Assembly: GCA_050239825.1 (NCBI GenBank)
Contig: JBFXGO010000045.1
Coordinates: forward strand, 1-16,874
Direction of reading: 5' to 3'
DNA length: 16,874 bases
Source of the DNA: a bacterium
GTDB lineage: Bacteria; Hydrothermota; 32-111
The stretch's first letter is position 1; each line of letters opens with the position of its first letter. Shown one piece after another: positions 9,928 to 16,677 of this stretch. The notes under the pieces are model-generated. The model saw only the letters and a program-made list of their open reading frames with translations, did not search any database and was not told the origin of the DNA. A program made the translations under genes and the position numbers.

Positions 9928-10612
9928 CGAACTTATCTCTCTGATATATCCTCTCAAGTGCGTCTGCTGTTCGAACACACTCTTCGTCAGAGAAATTCCG
10001 CTGTGTAAATCATGCTACAACAAACTGAAATTCGTATCGAGGCATGTCTGCGAGAAATGCGGAAGACACATTGAGGAGAGGGAATACATATGCGGGGATT
10101 GCGCATCAAAAAAAATAAGAATCGATTTTTCCCGCTCATGCGTCTATTATGATGATGTTTCATCAATGATAGTAAAGAAATTCAAATACACAAACAGGAG
10201 AGAGATAGGCATGTTCATAGCCGCAATGATGCATGAAAAACTTATGACTGAGCAGGAATTCTCGGATATTGAATACATCACCTATATACCATTCAGTTAT
10301 TTCAAAAAGTTCAACAGATTTTACAACCACTCTATGATCCTTGCAGAGAATCTGTCGGAGCTTACAGGAGTGCCTCTGGCAGGAGATATTATTTCTCAGA
10401 GATTTCTCTCTCTCCCTCAGGCAAAACTTCCGACAGAATTAAGAAGAAAGAGGCCTTCAATGTTTTTAGGGGGAAAGAGGAGAGTGAAAGCCGGAAAGAT
10501 ACTGCTTATAGATGATGTTCTTACAACCGGACGCACTATCTCTGACGCATCCGACGCATTAAAGAAGCATAATGATATTGAAAGGGTGGTGGCTCTCACA
10601 TTTTCATGTTAA
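9920..10612 (+). CDS. comF: ComF-family protein: double zinc ribbon plus phosphoribosyltransferase-like domain; start uncertain
   Basis: The frame of ORF 10166..10612 is open back to 9902 and encodes LIYPLKCVCC, CKSC, CEKC, CGDC, then KFKY and LLIDDVLTTGRT. There is no canonical start before 10166; ATT 9920 is assumed. Confidence 0.85.
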   Translation: MGNELISLIYPLKCVCCSNTLFVREIPLCKSCYNKLKFVSRHVCEKCGRHIEEREYICGDCASKKIRIDFSRSCVYYDDVSSMIVKKFKYTNRREIGMFIAAMMHEKLMTEQEFSDIEYITYIPFSYFKKFNRFYNHSMILAENLSELTGVPLAGDIISQRFLSLPQAKLPTELRRKRPSMFLGGKRRVKAGKILLIDDVLTTGRTISDASDALKKHNDIERVVALTFSC

Positions 10613-10613
10613 A

Positions 10614-10697
10614 TGCCGAAGGCCGGAATCGAACCGGCATGATGTTGCCATCATCGGTTTTTGAGACCGACGTGTCTACCAATTCCACCACTTCGGC
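10614..10697 (-). tRNA. tRNA-Leu (anticodon CAA), CCA not encoded
   Basis: Minus strand reads GCCGAAGTGGTGGAATTGGTAGACACGTCGGTCTCAAAAACCGATGATGGCAACATCATGCCGGTTCGATTCCGGCCTTCGGCA. Acceptor stem GCCGAAG/CTTCGGC, anticodon loop CT-CAA-AA, long variable arm, GTTCGA T-loop, discriminator A. Confidence 0.97.
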
Positions 10698-10706
10698 GAG
10701 AATGAG

Positions 10707-10734
10707 ATTTTACATAAATTTCAGACAGTGTCAA
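10707..10734 (-). promoter_or_regulatory. Sigma70-type promoter for tRNA-Leu
   Basis: Minus-strand TTGACA (10734-10729), 16-bp spacer, TAAAAT (10712-10707), ending 9 nt upstream of the tRNA 5' end. Confidence 0.75.
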
Positions 10735-10742
10735 TAGCCCCC

Positions 10743-10771
10743 TTGACTATTTTTGCATAAATACTTATAAT
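10743..10771 (+). promoter_or_regulatory. Sigma70-type promoter for the HK operon
   Basis: TTGACT (10743-10748), 17-bp spacer, TATAAT (10766-10771). Confidence 0.8.
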
Positions 10772-10777
10772 CTTTAC

Positions 10778-12151
10778 ATGAACACGAAGAAAGTTTATGA
10801 TTTTACCATCATAGTCTTAATGTTCTTCGGTCTTATCTGGTTTGTCGGTTTTTATCTTTTATACATGAATTTTTCTCAGGTGCTTGACAAGTATTATCAT
10901 GACAAAGCCGATTATATTTTTTCATGCTATTCATCATGCGGCTCATGCAATGCGATTTACGACAATGATCTCCTTTACATAGTGGAATTTGAAAAAGAGG
11001 ATTTTAACAACAGGCATTTTCTATATGTAAAAGAAGGATATGAAGAAGATGATCTGCTGAAATTCAGAAATTCCTTCCGTTTCAACAAAACCTCAAGCCA
11101 GTCGAAGGCGATGCTTTTGGTCTTCACTGATATGTCGTCATTCTTTCACTATATTATTGCTTTTTCTCTGATACTGGGGACATCTCTCTTCCTCAGCGTG
11201 ATTTTTTTCTTTTACAGCCAGAAAGCGAGGCGAAACAGGGATATGCAGAATCTCATTGAATATATAAGCGGAGATGACCATTCATCAAAGGAAGATTTTG
11301 CTGATGATGACATAATCGAGCTTTACCATGCAATTTTGAGAAACATTGAAAAAACAAAGTCAGACGAGGAGAATCAAAACAAGCTTATTAAAATTCTTCA
11401 GATGGAGAATAATGCGCTGAAGAACAAGGACACAATGAAGACAGGCGTAATTGAAAATATCTCGCATGAGCTGAAATCACCAATGACTAAAATAAAAGGG
11501 TATCTTGATTATCTTTATTCTGAGAAGATGGGCGAGCTCAAGGGTACTCAAAAAGACGCACTGGTTGTGGTCAGAAAGAATGTGGACAACCTTTTAAATC
11601 AAATTGACCAGATAATCAAATATGCCAAAGATGAATCATTCCAGCTGGAAAAAGAGATTTTCGATATCAAAAAACTTATAAATTCCATTATACAGGTGCA
11701 CTCGAAAGAGGCAACCGAGAAGGCGATATCAATAGAGCACGACATAGACAATCTAAATGATCCGTTGCTTGGAGACAAAGCCGCTCTTACGGAGGTTTTT
11801 GACAATTTAATAGTAAATGCCTTGAAATTTACCGATAAAAATGGTAAAATCAAAGTAACAGGTTATGAAAAATTGGAGAATAATGTATTGAATGCTGTAA
11901 TTAAAGTCGAAGACACGGGCATAGGAATACCGCATGACAAGCTTGAGAGGATATTTGACAGATTCTATCAGGTTGAGCAGGAGAGGTCAAAGAAGTATCC
12001 CGGCATGGGTCTCGGGCTCACGATTGCTAAAATCATTATTGAAGCCCATGGAGGCTTTATATCAGTCTCTTCTGTGATAGGGAAAGGAAGCACTTTTAAG
12101 ATTGTTCTGCCAATCAAGAAAATAGGAGGGGAATTTGAAGCAAATACATGA
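10778..12151 (+). CDS. Membrane-bound sensor histidine kinase (HisKA + HATPase)
   Basis: Two hydrophobic segments, H-box ISHELKSPM, N-box DNLIVNALKFT, G1 EDTGIGI, F-box IFDRFYQ, G2 GMGLGLTI. Confidence 0.95.
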   Translation: MNTKKVYDFTIIVLMFFGLIWFVGFYLLYMNFSQVLDKYYHDKADYIFSCYSSCGSCNAIYDNDLLYIVEFEKEDFNNRHFLYVKEGYEEDDLLKFRNSFRFNKTSSQSKAMLLVFTDMSSFFHYIIAFSLILGTSLFLSVIFFFYSQKARRNRDMQNLIEYISGDDHSSKEDFADDDIIELYHAILRNIEKTKSDEENQNKLIKILQMENNALKNKDTMKTGVIENISHELKSPMTKIKGYLDYLYSEKMGELKGTQKDALVVVRKNVDNLLNQIDQIIKYAKDESFQLEKEIFDIKKLINSIIQVHSKEATEKAISIEHDIDNLNDPLLGDKAALTEVFDNLIVNALKFTDKNGKIKVTGYEKLENNVLNAVIKVEDTGIGIPHDKLERIFDRFYQVEQERSKKYPGMGLGLTIAKIIIEAHGGFISVSSVIGKGSTFKIVLPIKKIGGEFEANT

Positions 12152-12536
12152 AAAAAACAATTTAAAGAAGATCCTTATCATTGATGATGATGAAGATATC
12201 ATCAGTTTGATAAAGATAATTCTTGAAAATGAGAATTATTCCGTAATTGGAGCATCAAGCGGAGAAGAAGGAATAAAGACCGCCATAAAGCAAAAACCCG
12301 AGCTTATACTTCTTGACATCATGATGCCTGTGATGGACGGCTGGGAGATTCTCAAAATGCTGAGGACGGAAGAATCAACAAGAAAGATACCTGTGGCGAT
12401 GCTGACCTGCAAGACAGATGTCAAAGATAAACTGACAGGCCTTCAGGAAGGAGCCATAGATTATATAACAAAGCCGTTCTCTCCTGAGGAGCTCATAGAG
12501 AGAGTGGATAAAATTTTCAAGATACTGCATATCTGA
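12135..12536 (+). CDS. Single-domain response regulator (receiver only)
   Basis: ILIIDDD, phosphoacceptor LLDIMMP, MLT, KPF; no output domain. TTG start with AGGAGG about 5 nt upstream. Confidence 0.93.
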   Translation: MKQIHEKNNLKKILIIDDDEDIISLIKIILENENYSVIGASSGEEGIKTAIKQKPELILLDIMMPVMDGWEILKMLRTEESTRKIPVAMLTCKTDVKDKLTGLQEGAIDYITKPFSPEELIERVDKIFKILHI

Positions 12537-13843
12537 TGAACGAGAACGATTATTTCAAAATGCACACCGAATGGCTCAAGTATAAGAGCTGTTTGTTTGA
12601 CATGAACACGGGGCTTCCGGTTCTTCCGGTTGTGCTTGATGAAATAAGAAAGATGGTTGACGATTACGGAAAAGTCTCCCTTATATATATAGACATCACC
12701 AAGGATATTGAATCTCTTTACGGATGGCAGTTGTATGACAAGCTCATACGGCAGACAATCAACTCAATAAACAATCTGAAAAAAGAGATACTGCCTGCTC
12801 ATACCATTATGACTTTAGCCAGTGTAAGAAGCGGAGAAATACTGCTTTTCCTCGCGACAGACAAGCTTGGAAATGCTCTTACCAATAGCGAAGTGGAGAG
12901 AATTCAGTATAAAATAAAAGATGTTGTTGAGAACGAGCTTCCCGGGTGGGAGCCGAATTACATATTCGCCACAAGGGTGTTCAGGCTTGGCTACTCATTC
13001 TTTACAAAATCTCCTATCAGAAGAACGGAGAGGACTATTTTTCAGGCTATTGAGAAGGCGAAGCGAATAATTGAAATGCAGAAAGAAGAATCCCGTCTTG
13101 ACAGGGACCTTAATCTTGAATATATAATAGCAAATAATGAGATAGACACAGTATATCAGCCGATAGTCAATCTGAAAAGCGGCCAAATTCTCGGTTATGA
13201 GGCACTTGCAAGGGTAAACAATGCAAGTTTCCTTTCAAATTCCGAGATACTCTTCTCCTATGCTGTTGAAACCGATATGCTTCTCGACCTCGAAAGAATA
13301 TGCCGCACAAATGCAATAAAGCATCTTCCAGAACAGCTGGGCGGTAAAAAACTCTTTATCAATTCAAGCGCAAAGGGAGTATATGACCCTGAATTCAAAT
13401 CCAAAAAGTTCGACAATTTCCTGCGCGACAACAATATAGAGAAAGATGATGTCGTGATAGAGATTACGGAAAAACTCGCGGTAACTGACTATGAAGCATT
13501 CAACACTTCCGTGAAAATACTGAAGGAGAAGGGCTATAAGATAGCGATTGATGATATGGGAGCGGGGTATTCTTCTCTTCGCACAATAGCGGAGCTGAAG
13601 CCCGATTTTCTCAAATACGACATGGCCCTTATAAGAGACATCCACAAGAACCTGATAAAGAAAGACCTGCTGGAGACTCTCATACCATTCACCGAACGCC
13701 TCGGTTCTGAAATAATCGCTGAGGGAATAGAGACGGAGATGGAGTATGAGGTCCTCCGCGATATAGGGATAAAATTCGGACAGGGCTTCTATCTTGCAAA
13801 GCCCGCAAATCCGTTCCCTAAAGTCTCAATACCCGCAAAGTGA
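12536..13843 (+). CDS. EAL-domain c-di-GMP phosphodiesterase with an N-terminal degenerate GGDEF-like domain
   Basis: YQPIV..GYEALAR, LFIN, IEITE, IDDMGAGYSSL, LKYD, AEGIET, QGFYLAKP. The N-terminal DMNTGLP..IYID..YGWQLYD resembles a GGDEF fold but lacks the GGDEF motif. Confidence 0.92.
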   Translation: MNENDYFKMHTEWLKYKSCLFDMNTGLPVLPVVLDEIRKMVDDYGKVSLIYIDITKDIESLYGWQLYDKLIRQTINSINNLKKEILPAHTIMTLASVRSGEILLFLATDKLGNALTNSEVERIQYKIKDVVENELPGWEPNYIFATRVFRLGYSFFTKSPIRRTERTIFQAIEKAKRIIEMQKEESRLDRDLNLEYIIANNEIDTVYQPIVNLKSGQILGYEALARVNNASFLSNSEILFSYAVETDMLLDLERICRTNAIKHLPEQLGGKKLFINSSAKGVYDPEFKSKKFDNFLRDNNIEKDDVVIEITEKLAVTDYEAFNTSVKILKEKGYKIAIDDMGAGYSSLRTIAELKPDFLKYDMALIRDIHKNLIKKDLLETLIPFTERLGSEIIAEGIETEMEYEVLRDIGIKFGQGFYLAKPANPFPKVSIPAK

Positions 13844-15513
13844 AAATAAGAATACTTCCGGAGAATGTTTATTCGCTGATTGCCGCCGGCGAGGTGATTG
13901 ACAGACCTGCTTCGGTTGTCCGCGAACTCATGCAGAATTCCATTGACGCCGGAGCCTCCCAGATAACATTGTCTCTTGAAAACGGCGGTAAATCGCTTAT
14001 CTCTGTTATTGATGACGGCTGCGGCATGGATGAGGGTGATCTGAAAATTGCCGCTTTAAAGCACAGCACAAGCAAGATATCAAAAGCGGAAGACATGCAT
14101 GAAATAATGACATACGGATTCAGGGGAGAGGCTTTAAACTCTGTATCCCTTGTCTCTGATTTCAAAATAGAATCATCTCCAAGGGAAGAGGGAACAGGAA
14201 ATTCCATAGCAATAAAATTCGGAGAGGCGGAGCCTGTTATCCCTTCTTCAGTTGCCGCCGGCACTATGATTACAGTGAGGGATATTTTTTCAAACATGCC
14301 GGGAAGGAAAAGATTCTTAAAATCAGACAATGTAGAGCACAATTACTGCGAGAAGGAGTTCATGAACCTTGCGATGGCAAATCCGGACATTTCCTTCAAA
14401 CTTATAGCAGACGGTAGAGTTTCATACAACCTGAAAAATGCTACCCTTGAAAAAAGAATGTCCGAAATAAAAGGCGAAGAGTTCATCAGAAATGCTCTTA
14501 CAGTCAATTATTTTGATGCAGGAATAAGAGTGTACGGCTTTGTCGGCAAGGCGCCTATTTTTGACAATAAGAGATTTAATTTCAGTTATGTTTTCGTAAA
14601 TAAGAGGAGCGTTCTTTATCCGCAGATAAAGAGGGCTGTCTATATGCCCTTCGGAAGCCAACTGAGCAGACATTTTACACCATACATTTTATTTATTGAA
14701 ATTGACGCAAAAGAAATTGATGTAAATATTCATCCTGCGAAAAAAGAGGTGCGCTTTTACAGGGAGGATAGGGTATTCTCAGCAGTAAGCATGAGCGTTA
14801 GGGAATCGCTTAGATTCTTTGAAAGAACTTCGGAGACGATAAACCGCAATGATGAAATATCAACTGTAATTGAGAGGCCGGAATCATTTGTCAAAGAGTC
14901 ATCTCTTTTCGCCGATGTAGATTATGTTCTTTCAGAAAAGACGAGCGAAACAAAAGTTCAGGAATACAGCAGATTCTGGCAGTACAATGATTCATACATT
15001 CTTGTAAATCTCAAAGACAAGCTTTACTTTATAGACCAGCATGCGGCTCATGAAAGGATAATGTTTGAAAGAGTTGTCAAAGAGAGCGGAAAGATTCTAA
15101 GCCAACAGTTGTTATTCCCGTTTATCGCGCGCCTTCCGTCGGAATTGTATGATTTTTACGATTCAAATAAATTGAAAATTGAAAACTGGGGATTCACAGT
15201 GAGGGAGTTCGACAAGATGAAGCTTCTTGTGGAGGGGATTCCGGCAGTTATCACAGAGAATTTCGAGCAAAATGATTTTCTAGAGTTTCTGACGGAAATA
15301 AAGCAAACCGGAAGCAGTTTGAAGGCGGAAGAAGTGAGCAAGATAATCGCATGCAAGGCGGCGATAAAAGCTGGAAAGAAGCTGAAGATAAATGAGATGG
15401 AAGACCTCTTCAATCAGCTCTTTCTATGCGAGAATCCCTACTCTTGTCCGCATGGCAGGCCTACATTCATCACATTTGACAAGGATGAAGTGGGCCGATG
15501 GTTCAGAAGATGA
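13840..15513 (+). CDS. mutL: DNA mismatch repair endonuclease MutL
   Basis: IAAGEVIDRPASVV, DDGCGM, TSKI, GFRGEAL, DVNIHPAKKEVRF; C-terminal DQHAAHERIMFE, ACK and CPHGRP endonuclease motifs; QQLLFP clamp-binding-like motif. Confidence 0.98.
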   Translation: MKIRILPENVYSLIAAGEVIDRPASVVRELMQNSIDAGASQITLSLENGGKSLISVIDDGCGMDEGDLKIAALKHSTSKISKAEDMHEIMTYGFRGEALNSVSLVSDFKIESSPREEGTGNSIAIKFGEAEPVIPSSVAAGTMITVRDIFSNMPGRKRFLKSDNVEHNYCEKEFMNLAMANPDISFKLIADGRVSYNLKNATLEKRMSEIKGEEFIRNALTVNYFDAGIRVYGFVGKAPIFDNKRFNFSYVFVNKRSVLYPQIKRAVYMPFGSQLSRHFTPYILFIEIDAKEIDVNIHPAKKEVRFYREDRVFSAVSMSVRESLRFFERTSETINRNDEISTVIERPESFVKESSLFADVDYVLSEKTSETKVQEYSRFWQYNDSYILVNLKDKLYFIDQHAAHERIMFERVVKESGKILSQQLLFPFIARLPSELYDFYDSNKLKIENWGFTVREFDKMKLLVEGIPAVITENFEQNDFLEFLTEIKQTGSSLKAEEVSKIIACKAAIKAGKKLKINEMEDLFNQLFLCENPYSCPHGRPTFITFDKDEVGRWFRR

Positions 15514-16364
15514 GAGAGCTTCTCATAGGCGAAACCGCATCCGGAAAGACAGAGTATATAAAAGAGAGGGCGTCAAGGGAAAAAATAGAAGTTCTCAACT
15601 GCGATTCAAGGCAGATTTACAAATATTTTGACATCGGAACTGCCAAGCCTTCAAAATCTCTTCAAAGGGAAGTTAAGCATCATCTTGTAGACATAATTGA
15701 AATAACAGATGAATTCTCAGCAGGCGAATTTTTAAATTACTCATTGAAAATTCTTGAAAAGGCGGAGAATGTCATAGTGAGCGCCGGCACGCCTTTCTAT
15801 CTGAATGTTCTTATAAACGGAATAGACGAGATTCCAAAGGTGAAACTTGAAACAAGGAAGATGATTGATGAAATGCACAGAGAGAGAGGCAACTCGGGTC
15901 TGTATGATTTTTTAAAGGATGTGGACTCCGCGAGAGCTTTGCAGTTGAATGTTAATGACACTCAGAGGATTAAACGCTCACTAGAGGTCTATCTTGATAC
16001 GGGTATTCCCATAAGCAGGTATTTCAAAAAACATAAGAGGCGTGAGATAAGTTTCGACAGAATAACATACATTAAAAAGGAAAAGAGAGTGCTTGAAGAG
16101 AGGGTCGCAGAGAGGACTCGAAGAATGCTTGCGGAAGGGCTCGTGGAAGAGGTTGAATCTCTTCTTAGAAGGTACAGCGCAGATGACATTATCAGAAAAC
16201 CGATAATCGGATATGTTGAGGCGATGGAGTACCTTGAAGGAAATATAGACAGAGAGAGGATGGCGGAAGAGATAGTCAGAAATACAATGGGATACATAAA
16301 GAGGCAGAGAGTCTTCTTCAAAAAAATTCTCCTTCCGTATGCAGATTTGGTTGAATACATTTAA
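15510..16364 (+). CDS. miaA: tRNA (adenosine37-N6) dimethylallyltransferase
   Basis: P-loop GETASGKT, DSRQIY..DIGTAKP, HHLVD, RSLEV, IGY, YIKRQ. ATG 15510 overlaps the mutL stop (ATGA); ATG 15498 is an alternative start. Confidence 0.96.
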   Translation: MRELLIGETASGKTEYIKERASREKIEVLNCDSRQIYKYFDIGTAKPSKSLQREVKHHLVDIIEITDEFSAGEFLNYSLKILEKAENVIVSAGTPFYLNVLINGIDEIPKVKLETRKMIDEMHRERGNSGLYDFLKDVDSARALQLNVNDTQRIKRSLEVYLDTGIPISRYFKKHKRREISFDRITYIKKEKRVLEERVAERTRRMLAEGLVEEVESLLRRYSADDIIRKPIIGYVEAMEYLEGNIDRERMAEEIVRNTMGYIKRQRVFFKKILLPYADLVEYI

Positions 16365-16389
16365 AAAAATACATAAATACGGTATAAAT

Positions 16390-16417
16390 GTAGAGACAAG
16401 GTATGCCTTGTCTCTAC
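16390..16417. repeat. REP-like palindrome (GTAG type)
   Basis: GTAGAGACAAGG-TATG-CCTTGTCTCTAC is a perfect 12-bp inverted repeat beginning GTAG on both strands; its end is tandemly duplicated (GTCTCTACG x2, 16410-16427). Confidence 0.75.
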
Positions 16418-16621
16418 GGTCTCTACGGCATTTGTAGGATATAAGAGAAGATGGTTTGTCAATTCTGCAGTCAACCGCCATAGCCGAATATGTCGCTGTA
16501 AAGTAGAATAATTACTGTTCATTTCTCTATTATAAAAGATCTTAAATAAAATGGTGCGTTTTGGAACCACCGTCCCTGAATGATTGAAACCCTCCTTTTA
16601 TGTTTTTATCAGTTATCATTC

Positions 16622-16670
16622 TTGACAACATTACAATTTGATTATAAAATCAGAGAAACAATTTGGAGGT
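16622..16670 (+). promoter_or_regulatory. Sigma70-type promoter and RBS for the ORF6N gene
   Basis: TTGACA (16622-16627), 17-bp spacer, TAAAAT (16645-16650); GGAGGT (16665-16670) lies 7 nt before ATG 16678. Confidence 0.75.
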
Positions 16671-16677
16671 AAAGGGA

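Noticed and set aside
10614..10697. tRNA-Leu as an integration site for the signalling module
   Set aside because: No integrase or duplicated tRNA 3' end seen, and the module lies on the tRNA's 5' side.
12509..12538. Frameshift fusion of the receiver to the EAL protein
   Set aside because: The -1 frame is open only from 12512 and contains no proper X_XXY_YYZ heptamer; TGATG coupling explains the junction.
16390..16430. CRISPR repeat or intrinsic terminator reading of the palindrome
   Set aside because: No repeat-spacer periodicity or cas genes, and no U-tract follows the stem on the + strand.
16450..16530. Minus-strand CTATGGCGGTTGACTGCAGAA loosely resembling the 3' end of a c-di-GMP-I riboswitch
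   Set aside because: The conserved 5' elements (GGCAAA, GAAA tetraloop stem, GACGCAAA) are absent and no downstream gene lies on that strand.
212..16570. Many minus-strand and alternate-frame ORFs in the track (e.g. 2970..3275, 3808..4209, 13869..14342, 15981..16481, 16361..16570)
   Set aside because: Shadows of well-supported genes or short intergenic ORFs with no recognisable motifs or RBS.
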